A stretch of 58,616 nucleotides of DNA, filler included, from Dugesia japonica (GCA_001938525.1; 6 parts of 6 records of this genome joined end to end with filler, not necessarily neighbours in it), one strand, 5' to 3'; shown: positions 1 through 13,449, counted from the first letter of the whole stretch. Notes: generated by a model from the letters alone, not told the origin. Numbers and translations: made by a program.

Positions 1-70
1 TAATGAAATCTCAAATCCGATCAATAGTTAAGTCCAACAATTATTCTCACAATAATTGTAATTATAAAAT
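1..70 (+). repeat. 3' module of the hammerhead-associated dispersed repeat family
   Basis: ...CGATCAA...CAACAATTATTCTCACAATAATTGTAATTATAAAAT. Near-identical copies lie at ~11690-11740, 13770-13825, 14635-14730(-), 28115-28170(-) and 28626-28700. Confidence 0.85.
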
Positions 71-74
71 ACAA

Positions 75-1160
75 AGGAATGTAAAACATTGTCTTGAATT
101 TAAATCTATGCGACGGTGGTTTTTATACTTATGCAATACCACACCTTTCCGATTTAGCTATTTTTTCTATATTTATTCACTTATCAGTCAGTTTCACCTT
201 GTAATCGGTTAGTTGGTGACAATACTCATTGGAGTTAGTGATTTTATTGCTAGGCAGTAGTTCATAATAGATTATACCTTTTCTGTCTTAACAAACTGAA
301 AACCAATTTTTTTTTGGGATTAATCTTTGCTTTAGGTTGGTGAATTGGAGAAACCATGATTTCTTTAGTTTAATATTTTTTTTAAACGATCCATTTTCAG
401 AATCTGCTATTAGCCTTTTAAAATGGATATTTCTCGTTCTGTTTCAAGTGCAAATTACAAGCAGAAATGATCTCATTAATGTTTGCTTCTGTCAATTTAC
501 AAGATACCAAAGTATTATAACGATAGATATATCCCAGTTTTGCAATGCGAGTTACGACAAATGAACTTCCTGACTTATTTTTGACATCTCTAATGTTGTT
601 GACATCTCAGTGTTGTTCTGAAATGTCTTTTTTCAAGTTATGCTCATTATTAGTGCTATCTGGGTGTTTCAATGAAAAATCACCGGCTTTTAATTTATGA
701 GTTGCACATTTTTCTTTGTGTTTGGGTTGCATTTTTTCCTTTACGAAAGTAAAAAAGAATAATATGGCAAACGGGCTCATTATCATCGAACATTTTGAAG
801 CTTGTTTACTTATTATTAAAATTAGCTATATATTTCAAAATGTAAAACAAAATTACGATGTATAGAAAGAAAATTTTGAAATCTTGATAAAAAATAATCA
901 CCTCAAAATAGCATTTAAATTTTAAAATAACTAAAAACCGAACGAACTTTCTGATCAACCTAATATCTATATTAACAATCTATCTTGTATTAGTTGTATT
1001 TCTTAAGCATGACTTCAAACAAAACATTTGTTTATATTTTTTAAAAAGCGTTTATTTTTACTTAAAAATTTTTCAAAATTGATTACTAAGATGCATAGGA
1101 TATGCATATCTACTTTTTATATTGGTCTTTCCCGACCTTTTGTTCATGTGGGTAGCTGTT
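75..1160 (-). mobile_element. Degenerate mariner (Tc1/mariner) element: transposase remnant plus 5' terminal region
   Basis: The minus strand gives MFDDNEPVCHIILFYFRKGKNATQT, ISACNLHLKQNEKYPF, KGIIYYELLPSNKITNSNEYCHQL and NRKGVVLH, with stops and frameshifts. The terminus CAGCTACCCACA is at ~1148-1159. Confidence 0.8.
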
Positions 1161-1189
1161 ACATATCGTTTAAAATTTTGGCGAAAACG

Positions 1190-1420
1190 ACTAACACTTT
1201 AAAAACGTGTAAATTTGAAAAAGCCTCCATTATGGATCTGCCCTTGCAATTTTATGCAGAGCCTGTAAAAGCTATTGGGAGCCCTAGGTAATGCATATTT
1301 AAACTTATATTTTGTAGTCCCCACCCAATAAAAAGCTGTGGTCAAAAAAGTTTCATGACCATATCCTCTATAATGGTCTGATTGTATGTATTTATTTTTG
1401 GAATGAAACGACTTCAATTA
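1190..1420 (-). mobile_element. Possible Penelope-like RT fragment
   Basis: Frameshifted PRAPNSFYRL..LHK..KGRSIMEAF resembles the PLE 'P.FYgLPKiHK..gRPIv' motif and the KGRSIVNAF of the PLE at ~56500. Confidence 0.4.
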
Positions 1421-1994
1421 GCGGGTTAATTTTACTATTTTCGGTCTCTTAATTGATATCCAACTATTTTTCTGTTATGAAATATTCGCTATATTGATTT
1501 TTCTTTCTAACATTTCTTGTGAAAACGTTAATGCTTTTGTGTTTCATATGATAAAGAAATTTCAGTTGAATTACATCAAAACTATCCGTCTAGTTTGTTA
1601 AGTGAATCATCACAAATCAAAAGCAGAGATCTCTCATCTATTTCTGTGAGAAGCAAAGGAAGTTTGCTCACATTTTGAGCTAAATAATCACCTTCAACTT
1701 GTGCTGGTAAGGGTACTAAGCCAGTCACCGATAAATTAATTCAAAAATCTCAAATTGTTGAAAGTTACCAGTAATGTGATAACTGAATTACCGTTCTGAG
1801 TACAAGTAAGGCACAAGGGATATTATCACCACGAGTTGCATCCGTCTAACTTAAGTTGCAGTTACAGTTTGGTTTTTTGAACGCAGAACTATCCGGGCTT
1901 TATGAGACACTGGTTACTGACGATGGGTTAGTTTAGATTGCTTACGAAGGCAAAGAAAATAACACCTAATTTGTAATTTACGCTGGAAAGAAAG

Positions 1995-2790
1995 AGATAC
2001 GGTCACAGAAACCAATGACACAATTTTGATGAAAACAGTTGTTGACATTGCAATTTATGTATCCACAGCACAAGAAAAGTGACGAAGTGAGATACACTTG
2101 ATAAACTGACTGAACAATTGCATGAAAGCTTATACTGGATTATTTGAAGTGCTCTGTATTTACGATTTCTGTGCATTTGTAAGGTAAACATTATGTTTTC
2201 CAGTTAAATTGATCAAAGCACAAAATTATTCTCATGCAATCCATGTAAATAAAGTGTTTTACGTGGCCAAAATCATACATTTGGAAGAGTTGTCTAAAAT
2301 GCTGGGATCAGCCGAAGTTTACTTCATCAGGTAGGACAACAAATTTTGAGGATCTATTGACCTAATTTCATGTTCATGCATGTTGAATACCCTGTTAGTT
2401 TACCGGACCATGACTGTGTTGTAGCTGCTGCTCATAAATTAATCCATTAGTTTATGCAGGAATTATTATTGTTGCTAATAGCTACTCTGGGATCACATAC
2501 ATAGCACTCTTCTTCTACTACTCTCATTTATGCTTGTAACTTTGAGAATCTCCTGACTTTTGTTGAATTTCAAGACCTCAAACTGTAAAACCCGTTTTTA
2601 TACCCACGGTAGATGGTGGTTTAGATGAAAGCCCAAGATACCAGAAGATTATTACAGTTGTCGTTCATAACTTTGTCAGACACCACTTTGATGCCATATT
2701 CATTGGTATTAATGCACCTGGATGAACCATTTTCAACCCGATTGAATGAATGCAGAAAGACACTGGTGGAAATTGTGAGTATGTTGAATC
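1995..2790 (+). mobile_element. Zator-like (TP36/Transposase_36-related) DDE transposase pseudogene
   Basis: Frameshifted peptides PVKLIKAQN, MHVEYPVSLPDHDCVVAAAHKLI, YSGITYIAL and TVDGGLDESPRYQKII..FDAIFIGINAPG*TIFNPIE match the DGGPDENPRY / NAPGRSAFN.VER motifs. Confidence 0.7.
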
Positions 2791-2873
2791 AACAGATTTG
2801 AAACTTCTTAATGACGACCTGATTTGCAAAAATCAGAAATGGCGGGGTGTACATTTGAGGTTATGATTGTGGA

Positions 2874-3220
2874 ATGTAAAACAAAATAACGATGTATAGA
2901 AATAAAATAATTGTGATATTGAAATTTGGAATAATAATAATATTTAAATTTTAAACTTAAAATCGTACGAACTTTCTGATCAATCTAATATTTTAACATC
3001 TATATCACTATGAATGTTTAATAACGCTAAATTTAACAATCTATTTTGTATTAGTCATATTTCTTAAGTAAGCACGACTTCAAACCAAATAATTGTTTAT
3101 ATTTTTTAGAAAGCGATTATTTTTACTTAAAAAAAAATTTATTACTAAGATGCATAGGATATGTATATCCCTTATTTTACACTGGGCCTTCCCGACCTTA
3201 TATTCTTGTGGGTAGCTGTA
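2874..3220 (-). mobile_element. Second copy of the mariner 5' terminal region (repeat of 839-1160)
   Basis: Aligns with 839-1160 over ~330 bp and ends GGGTAGCTG|TA, i.e. a TIR followed by a TA target site. Confidence 0.8.
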
Positions 3221-3229
3221 GCCAAACAA

Positions 3230-3760
3230 CTGATAGTTCAAAAGTTACAGTACGAATCAGATGGAAGTGCACACAACTTTTCGTCTCTTTTTACCACTGA
3301 CTTTAAATATAAAAAATCTGTCATGATCAGATGGTTTGTTCCAGATAATACCATATGACTTGTACTTTTCTTCAGTGCAGTTTGTATTGTCTTGAAGAAT
3401 ATGCAAGGCATGCTCTCATTATTTTTCATCGGCGATCTTGCTTTGCAATCTTTATGCAGTACATGAACAACACCCAATAAGAGTAGCCGCTCTTCGGCAA
3501 CGTGAAATTATGATAATAATTACCTTCATGAATAAAGCCAAATCTGTATAGTGGATAGATGAAGATGATCTAGAATTAACAGGTTTAGTGCTCCATGAAC
3601 GCAATATTGCTGCTGGAAATCTTCCAGTTTTCCCGATTGATACTCACTTTTTGATACCGTGGCAATCCCCAATGTATTAGAAATAATAATTGACAATATA
3701 AACGTTTTTTTTTGGTAGTTTAGCATGCGAACAAGTATACCATCTTTGTTTGAAATCATA
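3230..3760 (-). mobile_element. Highly decayed mariner-like fragments
   Basis: FLYLKSVVKRDEKLC resembles FL..ivTgDEKW, but similarity is otherwise weak. Confidence 0.3.
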
Positions 3761-5504
3761 ATTCTTGATTCTCAAATTGTTTACCACGGGTTACAACTTG
3801 TAATTTTGTACACATTTATTTATAGTGTAATATTTTTTAAATTTATATTTATATTATTTACATTTTTCTATTATCATATTATTTTTCTTATAACCTCGTT
3901 TTCGTGTCTTTTTTTGTCCGGCTGATTCAAAAAAATCAAAATTTATACCACTTTCAGATCAACTTCAGCCGTCAAATTAAGTGATCAACAATGTTTTGGA
4001 TGACAATATATTATTAATTTGTTTCTTGGATACTTCAATATTTATTCCCTTGCAATCGATGTATGACTTTATTCAAAAATGTGTTGGTTGAAAGAATTTT
4101 TAAATAAAATTATTAAAAAGATAGTATATCTAGCTCTGCTAGACTAGCAGCATACCTTCCTCCAGCAATAGTATGTATAAGGAGGGCGGATCGGACTAAC
4201 ATTTCGTAATATTTAATGGGAATCAAAAGAACCGTACGGGAAATTTTTAACTAATATTTGTGTGACGTCATATTTGAATGATACCATAGAGAGGGTGACT
4301 TCCAGGTCATTCCAAAGTAAATACTTACTTTGATTTTATTTGGGTCAATTAGATTGATAGAAGCTCATTAATTCTGAATTGTTTAATTTTATTTTGTTCA
4401 TTTTTGAATTCAAAAATTTATTTCTATGTACACATTGCATTAAAAACAAATATGTTTCAGTGCCAATTCTATATTTTTGATAAAGAATTCTTGTCGCAAT
4501 TATTTGTTTGAAGTATGTACTTCACTGATTAAAACTAGTATCCTGTTTCTCAGCAACAAATTACAGATGAGTGCGGTTTACCTGCACACTTAATGTTTTT
4601 CAATATTGACATTACAATTAGAATATTATTAAATGTTAAATAAAACAATTTAATAAATTCTAAATTTATTGCTTTTAAATCTAATTTTCTTATTTAAGTT
4701 TATTATTCTGTATATTTGTAAATTGACTTTAAAAAATAGATTTGTTTAACAGAAATAATTTTGATATATTAATAAAATAGGAATAATGAAATAATAGAAG
4801 AGTGAAATAACAATAATTATTCTGAATACTATTGGACTATGCATAATACAAACACAAAAATGAAAAGAAGATAATTAATACATTTGTTTATCGATTGTTT
4901 TGTAATTGTTAAGTTAAATAAATCCTTTTATAACCGTAATTAAAGGCAAAAATGCTATATTAAATATTATCTATACATGATCATAAAAAGGTGGTAAAAT
5001 CAATAGGTAAAACACCAAAGGGAAGTCAAGATAACAGAGATAATACTCATACTTTCGAATCGAATCGAACCCTATATGGTTCGAATGAACTAATCAAAGT
5101 ATTAGCTATAAAGGAGAAAAATGTGACTAAGTGGATTTTGGAAAATATTAAGAACATAACTGGAATTGAAAGTAAAATCGTAACCAAGAGAAATAATCGT
5201 GAATAACAGTATAAACAAAGATTTTGATAACAATTATTGTAAATACTGACTGTGAGGAGAATATTCTGGAAAGATCAAGTTGAAATTTATAAATAGATAA
5301 AAAGTTAAATTTCTAGCATGAGAGAGCCTATTGATGGAGTTCCACATAGGCTGCGCAAGTTTAATGCAGACGAAGAATAACATGACCTAGCTAAAGCTCT
5401 GCGAAGAATTTAGTCTAGTGTTCCTTCTCTAGATTTTCAGAATGGAGTTGGTGGCCCGTAGTTGTAACTTGTGTGAGGGTTCGTGAGCATTGCCATTTTG
5501 TATA

Positions 5505-5805
5505 ATAATAAATAAATAATTTTGTAAATAATAAATTTTGAAAATACAAACAAATAGATAATAATAGATAATAAGATTTAATAAGATATAGTAGTAAATA
5601 GTAATATAATAATAGTGAAATAAACTGTGCAAATATAAAAATAAAAATAAATATATGAATAACATAAAAATTATAATAATCAGAATAATATTAAATATTG
5701 ATAATTTAATAAATAGTAATAGGAATAATGTTAATAATAAAAAATAAAATGATAAATTATTATAAATAATGATATCATAAATATAGGTATAATAATGAAA
5801 TTTAA
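5505..5805. repeat. AT-rich (AAT-like) low-complexity tract
   Basis: Nearly pure A/T. The ORF 5429-5821 is a compositional artefact. Confidence 0.8.
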
Positions 5806-6339
5806 TTGGACTTTGTTTCAAGCCATGGTTTTTTTAATTGAGCCTTGTCTCAAATTTTGACAAATGACTCAGTGTTGAGTTGTTGAGGTGAGTAGCAAAA
5901 TGTCCAAATTTGGTGATGTTTACGTTCAGTTTGAAATCACTTAATTTGGACATTTCCTATCTGATGCATGCAATTTGATTGGTTGTACAATTCTCTAAAT
6001 TGCAACCACATAATCATTTTGCGTGCAGTAAATTACAAGCAGTTAAAATAGTGAAAAAAATTAGTTACAGTTGAAATAATTGAACAAAAAATTTATTGAT
6101 TTCGTGGAATTAATTATTTAAAAGGTATATTTTAATTTATTTTAAAATTCATTAGGGAACTATTTCTTCAATCAATTTGATTGTAAAGAAATAATATTTG
6201 ATCAAAAGAGATCAACTTAACGGATAAAATCTTTTAACTTAAAATCAAAAAAAAGAGACGCAGATTTTTATACAATCTGGACGGTAGCTTTTAAGTAAAT
6301 AATTTCTTTCCAGCTAATTCATTTTTTTATTATTCGTCT

Positions 6340-8088
6340 TGTCAAGACGGTGACGACAGACGACTCGATATTTTTGGCAATTAGCTTGTATTAACTCTGT
6401 CTTCATAAGTATAACCCCTAGTAACTAAATTTAGTAACTAATTTACCGCTAGTAAATTAATTGTTATTGATTTAAAATATTCATTGTATTATTGAAAATA
6501 AATCTTTGAAGTTTATTTTGTTCATTCAAAAATTTATATATTATTTTATTACATTAATAACAATAATACGTATTATAAAGAATTTTAAAGACAGATTGAA
6601 ATAATTAATTTCCTTCCAAACTCTCTTAATTTACCGCAACCGGAAATTCACTGATTTTGAACTCAGATACGAGCACTCAGTGTAAGGAATATTAAAATCA
6701 CTTTTATTTACCAAAAACGCAACCTACATTTATTGAACCTCACACTTGTAACCCGTAGTTCCAGTGCGGGCTCGCATTCTTTTGGTTTTTGTTCACACTT
6801 CATAATACTTGCTTTAATTTATGAGGCAAACTTAACCCTTATTGCTTTATTAGTGATTGGCGATCGTGACGTGTCTGAATTTTAATCTTGCAACTATATC
6901 CACCTATTATTACTCGCAACCCTATCCCATCTTCCATAGTTTATAATTTTGTGAGTCGGAATAAAGAAAATCAAGCTTCTTGTTCATAATTCATTCCAAT
7001 GTTTATTATCATGTTATTATCGTGGGTCAGTGTTGGCATCAAGTCATACTCATACACTACCTTTATTATCAACACCATCATTAACCCTACTCAAGTTAGT
7101 TATATATCGCCATTAATTAATATTACTATCACTTATAATCTTATTTTCGTTAATCCCCAACATTAACTATCATTATTTATTAACTAATATTATTTCTCAT
7201 AGTTATCATTATTAACGCTATTAATATTATTATTACCGCTATAATTATTATTAGTCTTATCGTTATTATATCGTCTTTAAAAATTAAAAGTTGTTACTGA
7301 GAGTTATTTATTACTAATAAATTCAAAAAGGAGATGTAATTTTATTATTTCCTTGTTATTATAATCGTAACGTTTTGATTTTACAATTAAAATTCATTAT
7401 TATAGCTCATTATGAACTGAAATTAATGAAACACTAATTAAACATTACTATAATGATTCATAATCACAAAATTTAATTAGTCATTTTAGCTATTTATCAA
7501 TTTTGTTAGCAAATCGCAATCAATTTAATATTGTTTAATTATAAACATTATCAATGGTTAAATTCATTACTACTAAGCAAAAAGAAACCATGAAATTAAG
7601 GTTATATTATCATTAATTACATTATAATGCAAAATTTACATAAACTAATTAAAACTAACATGGACTGCATATCGACTTGGAGTAAGCACAGAGCGCGATT
7701 AGAAATCACCTTGGCAACCCGATTGAATTGATTTATCTATTACTTTATTTATTTATTATGTATCCAATTAATAATTTATCCAATTACTTATTAACACTAG
7801 AATTTTCCTCTCCATTTTCACACTTGTGTAATCGGTATTTTATTTTATGTCATTTGTACTCCTAGACTGTACTATCTTTATCCACTACACTCTCCCTCGG
7901 ACACTTTGTGATTTAATTATATTCTGGGCCCTCCATATTCCATTCCTAGATTTCTAAATTTTTGATGCTATGTTGTTTTTAAAAAGATTGCCTGGTAACC
8001 TACTAACCACAGAAATTTGTGATCTTTTCCTACATCCCGATCCCCCATTCCCGAGTTCAGCGAGACTATGCTAAATCTCGTCTTGACA
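6340..8088. mobile_element. Putative long LTR (TG...CA) with 10-bp terminal inverted repeats
   Basis: Begins TGTCAAGACG (6340) and ends CGTCTTGACA (8079-8088). The interior is non-coding and no TSD is seen. Confidence 0.5.
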
Positions 8089-8367
8089 GAAAGTTCTTAT
8101 TGAAACTGGCTCTTATTTTTGTCAAATATGTGATATGACTATAATAATTTAGTGTCGAGTGGCTGCTTCGATAAAAACTACTTTATTTAGTGAATTCTTT
8201 AATTTCATCATGTTTCGGTTAACTTTGGCATGTTTGTTTTAAACATTTTATTTGCATCATTTATCATTTAATAAATTCTTTTATTTTAATGAATTTATCG
8301 TTTATGTGATTCAACATTAAGTGCTAACAACGATCGTTTCTCAAAATATATTAATTCATTTACAGGA

Positions 8368-8847
8368 TTACACTGCCGATTCTACTACCTCTTCTGTCTC
8401 CAGCTTCTCTAAATGAGCTGTAAGCACAGGCATTGTATGTTCGATTTGTTGACAGATTCTTCTACCGGCCTGATTATGGGCGAGGAGATTGTTTTTCAGC
8501 ACCGTCTGACGATCCGTGATGGTTGGGACTCGTCTTAAATGCTCCGATTCACGAAACAACAAATTTGCTAGTCCGGAGTTCTGTTGTTGTCGACCCTTCT
8601 CCTGATAATTGAGATGTTCTTGTAACTGTTCAACATGAGCTCACAGCCTCCGTATTTTCTCCTTTTGTTCCTGGATTTCGATGTTTCGTGTTCTTATTTT
8701 ATCGTCAGATTCCCACCAGGGGTCTTGATCTGTTCCTGCTTCATTCCATGAATCATATAGAATCGGCATATCATTGCATTTTCTGGAAGTAAACGACCAT
8801 CCATTCAGCGATTTCTTGGCCTCTGATAGATTNATTCTTCTTGACAT
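8368..8847 (-). pseudogene. Interrupted coiled-coil ORF, possibly a retroelement gag N-terminus
   Basis: ORFs 8641-8847 and 8368-8562 lie in one frame separated by a single stop. The stretch is GC-richer than its flanks and Q/E/R-rich. Confidence 0.35.
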
Positions 8848-9523
8848 CTAAATCACAACAATTCATCTTTAAATAATAATCAGTTGCATTTATTCACGAG
8901 TGAAATCGTTAATTCCTTTACTCTACAATCGATCTCTCATATAACTATTGTTATTTCAGCGAAACAGGAGTAAGAATTCCTCGGTGAGAATTTAGTACCT
9001 TATTGTTCTCAGGGAATTTTACTTCCTCCTTCGCTAAGCGCCTATTATTATTAGGCTAGATTTTAAGTAGCGGCATTCGGTTTAAATTATTAGTTAAAGT
9101 CTCGATCAAAATCAATTATCATATCGTTAACCAAATAGTACATTATAAGATGAGTTCCTTATCCAAATTAAACAGAAGAAAATTTTTTAATTTAAACATT
9201 TCATATAACCAAAATAATTATTCAAAATATCAATAACCTAATCATAAATAATAATTAAAATCATAATTCAAATATTTTATCTAACCGAAATTACATAAAT
9301 AATTATTCCAAATATCTATAAGTTAGCAATAGTAAAATAATAACTGAAATAATAACTAAATAAAAGTATCCAGAAATATTAACCGGATTTATTGAAAATA
9401 CAATTATAAATATTCTAAAATTATATTCTATTTACTGAAATAATCATGGTAGACAAATCTTCATAGTTCCTAACCTATAATTTATTATTACATTATCAGT
9501 TCATTAAAACAAAGATATCTTAT

Positions 9524-9623
9524 NNNNNNNNNNNNNNNNNNNNNNNNNNNNNNNNNNNNNNNNNNNNTTAATTAATTAANNNNNNNNNNNNNNNNNNNNN
9601 NNNNNNNNNNNNNNNNNNNNNNN
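9524..9623. other. Artificial contig-joining spacer (44N + TTAATTAATTAA + 44N)
   Basis: Exactly 100 bp. The 12-mer gives stops in all six frames, and the same construct recurs five times. Confidence 0.97.
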
Positions 9624-11556
9624 AAGTGCTTGTAAACAATGAATTTAAACAGATATTTTGAATATTAATTACATCATATTTTTTATTTTTAGACCAATAA
9701 AATCAGTATAAAAAACTACATATACATGCCAGTTAAATTTTAAGGGAATTTATGGGAAAAGTCAAATTTGTTGAAATTTTCAAGTTTTTTAATTCAAATT
9801 TAATTTTTTGAGAAAATTCAGATTAACACTTTACGTTGTTTAAATAATATGAAAATTTAAAATTTTTAAAATGAACTTTTTTTGGAAATCCTGGAGTGTT
9901 CAAAATTTTTGAAAAAGTATTTTCTATATGTCAGATTTCGAAGATTTTTAAACAATACTGCTAATAATCTTTGCTGATTCATAATATGTTAACCTAAAGT
10001 CACCAAAATTAATACTCGATGAAATAAATGAGGTTTTGTCACGAAAAAAATTGGTTTCGTGTATTTTTTGGCAACTTTTTATATTTTATCATAAAAAACT
10101 AATAAATGAATTATTTATTAATCGTTAGATAATTTTAAAATTTGTGGCTTTTTATTGAAAATAATCCATATATTTGATTGAATAAATTAAGTATAATGAA
10201 TTAATTAATTTTTAAAGTGTAATTTCATTAAAACTATGCTTTTGTGAGTAAATTTGATTGTTTTGAAAAAATTTTTTAAAGGTAATTTTGAAAATTAATT
10301 AAAAATTTTTATTGTTAAATTAAAATTATTAAAGCAAATTTATTAAGTATTGAAAATTTAAAAAAAACTTGTAACTATTCATTAAAAATATCCCATATAA
10401 TTAATTTAATAAATAATTTTCAAATAATTATCAGTGCTGGGTTTTGAAAACTCATCGAATCATTAACATAAGAATTCAAATTCATTACAACGATTTATTA
10501 ATATAACAAAACTAATAACAACACTGATTGAGTTTTTAAACAAATTAAATTCTTGTTTTAAGCTAGTAATCGTTTCTTAAGATTTTTAAAAATCTATTTA
10601 AAGTCATTTGATTTTTTTATTAAGATTTTTAAAATAAATTTTCAGTTTATTGATTAAAATTTTAATTTCAAAATTTAAAAAAATTACTTCTTAGTCATTG
10701 GATTTTTTATTCAGATTTTAAAATAAATTTTCAATCTATTTGTTAAAATTTAATTTCAGAAAACAATTACTTATTTGTCATTTAATATTTATTTCAATTA
10801 AAATCTTTTTCAAAAAAGATTTCAAGAAAAACAATCACCAACCACACAAAAGTTTCAACTTTACTTGCCGCTTAAATAGCCAAATTCTGAACCACTTAAT
10901 CTATAATGTAATAATTTCGTCGACGAAATTTAATCTTATTATGTAATGCACACAAAAGTGTGCCACCACCTATTTACATCAGAAACTTTTGAAATACTTA
11001 TGTAATAATTTTTGCTCGCCGGGAGAGTGGTTTTGGTGCAGTGCACCACAATCATCTTACTTCTAAACATTATCTAAACATCACGATAAAGAATAATAAA
11101 TTTTATTCTTATGTTTTTCGTCATTTCGCATGTTTTCTAACTTTTTCAAAATTAATTTAAGTAATTTGTTGTAACGAAAAATATTTTCTTAGGTGTGTAG
11201 TGACTATAAAAGTTTGCCCATCATTGCTTTTTATGATTTCAAATAAATAAAATAAATTTAGTCTATATTCTATGATTTCACCAAAATCTTTTCTATAACG
11301 TTCAAAATTTGCAGATTCTATAATAATCCATAAAACAACTAAATATTTATTTCATTAAATTCCATTTATAGATCAAATCAATAGCCAAAGAGATGAATTT
11401 GCCATGTAAAATCGTAATTGGTCATTTATTTTGTCTAAAAAGTGAGGTTTTTTAATTAATTACAGTTTTCATTTAAATAAATATTTTTTAAATTGATTTT
11501 TTATTCATTTAAAAAAAAGCCTTGATCAAAATTGTTTTTTATTGATATTTGATAAA

Positions 11557-11591
11557 AATTCTATATTTCGACCTTGTCTTCATCAGGAATT
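11557..11591 (-). ncRNA. Minimal type-I hammerhead ribozyme (intact core)
   Basis: Minus strand reads AATTC-CTGATGA-A-GAC(AAG)GTC-GAAA-TA-TA^GAATT. Stem I is AATTC/GAATT, stem II is GAC/GTC, and stem III is the palindrome ATAT. Confidence 0.85.
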
Positions 11592-12349
11592 GACTTTTTT
11601 GACGACTAAAAAATATCGAATTGTTATCAAATATCAATAAAAAAAACAAAAATTTTGAGCGAAGATTTTATTTTAAATGAATTCTATAAAACGATCAATT
11701 TGCTTATTATTATTCTCGCAATAATTGCAATTTTAAAATTTTTTTTTATATTGAAATACTTAAATTTGAAATAAAATTATTATTGATGATTTATTGACAT
11801 TATTTCTTTTCAAAGAAATTTAATTTGACAGTTTTTATCGTATATATTCTTAATCAGTGAAATATTCTTTATCGAATAGTACATGAATTATTAAATTTGG
11901 ATGAAACTTGAAAAAATTATTTTAATTTGTGTGGGTTAAACATCCTCAGGATTTTGGACCATGTTTTTTCAAATTTTCTGTCAAAATTAAGTTTGATGAT
12001 TTTAAATGATGTTTTCCTTGGTCAGTGAAAGATTATCTATCGAAAAATTTATGTTTCAATATGATTACTATATTCAATTATCTAAAATCCAAACATCGCT
12101 TCTAAGTTAATTGGTTGAGTGTACGATTTTGCATTGATTGGTTCAGCACTTGTGATTATTTTGTGTTTTATATGTGCGCATCCTACATCTCATTTTCTTT
12201 ATTTTCAATTATGTTCGTTGATTTTTGATATTCAAAGTATTTAAGTATTTAAGTATCAATCGCTCTCAATTAATAATTTGTCTCCAAAATTTTGCTTTAA
12301 TATTACAAATGTAATTTTCAACTTTTACATACGTTTTACTATAGACTTT

Positions 12350-12870
12350 TCGTACACGCTGGTATCCAAAAATCTTCTGCGTTTCTATTCCTCCAATTAT
12401 ATCTGGTGTCACTCTTTCTGCAACTAAGAAAGTAACCTATTTGCAAACTTCATCAATTATCACTCCAGTTCTAACTTTATCAACAACTTTAAGTGTACTA
12501 TTATTTGCACAACACAATCTTTCATTACTCATTTCTAAATAAACTTCTCGTAATTTATTTAAACAACTCAAACTCAAAACGTTAATTCCAGCGTTTATAA
12601 CTAATATTCATTCAACTTTATTTCTTTGAGTAACACTTTGTCTTCTTTGCCATTTATGGTACAAAATATTTGTTCTGATTTAATTATTCTTAATTAATTA
12701 TTTTATTTTTCTAGCGTCCCAAAAGTTTTAGAACACTTTAGAAATATGACCCCACATTTTGACTCCTTGAGAATAATTAATCACTTCATTTAACAAAGGA
12801 ATGGCTCCAACCAACTCTTCTGCTAGTGGAGCCCTGCTTTTTGGGTACTGTCTTCAAAAATCCTCTTTCT
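12350..12870 (-). mobile_element. Decayed Gypsy pol fragments
   Basis: PK.RAPL..VGA (integrase-like) and INYSQGVKNVG (RNase H end-like). Confidence 0.35.
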
Positions 12871-13183
12871 ATATTTCCTCATATCGTTCCATTGTATTTT
12901 ATAATATCTTGACATATTTATTGAATTTGTTTATGAATATAATGGATTTCAGTAGTTGCATAAGTTATTTATTTCAGGTTATTTCATATTTGAAATATGG
13001 TTTTAATTAGTTTTTGATATAGATATTTCAAAGAACTCAATTCAAGATTTTTCTCGATCTCTGTTTCTTGAATATTTCAAAAAAATGAATTTTAATTAGC
13101 TTACAAATATTTTGAAAAACAAATTTCGTTATTTAAAATTTATTTGCGAAGATCAAAATGATATTCTTCTATTTTCATAGATG

Positions 13184-13216
13184 GTTCAATATTTTGGCTA
13201 TGCCTTCTTCAGGAAC
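13184..13216 (-). ncRNA. Minimal hammerhead ribozyme, degenerate (G12A)
   Basis: GTTC-CTGAAGA-A-GGC(ATA)GCC-AAAA-TA-TT-GAAC. The catalytic GAAA is mutated to AAAA. Confidence 0.7.
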
Positions 13217-13413
13217 AACTATTGCTCAATTCATTCTGGTTATAAATGTTTAAATAGAAACACAATCTACATTAATCTAATTAAAATTAATTTTCATTGG
13301 ATACTAATCATAATATTAAATTTCAAATTTATTAAACATATTTTCGGTAAAATGGTGCAAACCATAAATAAATTTCTTTTTAGTAATTTCAATTTTAAAA
13401 TTTATTTTCTATA

Positions 13414-13449
13414 GTTCCTGAAGAAGGCATAACTGAAATATTCTTGAAC
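13414..13449 (+). ncRNA. Minimal hammerhead ribozyme, degenerate stem II
   Basis: GTTC-CTGAAGA-A-GGC(ATA)ACT-GAAA-TATTC-TT-GAAC. Confidence 0.65.

Noticed and set aside
839-3220. Direct repeats 839-1160 and 2874-3220 as LTRs flanking the Zator fragment
   Set aside because: They end in a TA-flanked TIR and continue into a mariner ORF, so they are mariner ends rather than LTRs.
5429-5821. 130-aa hydrophobic ORF (similarly 14468-14728 and 38809-39162)
   Set aside because: These are translations of low-complexity or antisense AT-rich DNA.
12108-12145. Paired CCAAT boxes (also ~5977) as a promoter
   Set aside because: No linked first exon can be identified, and short motifs are expected by chance.
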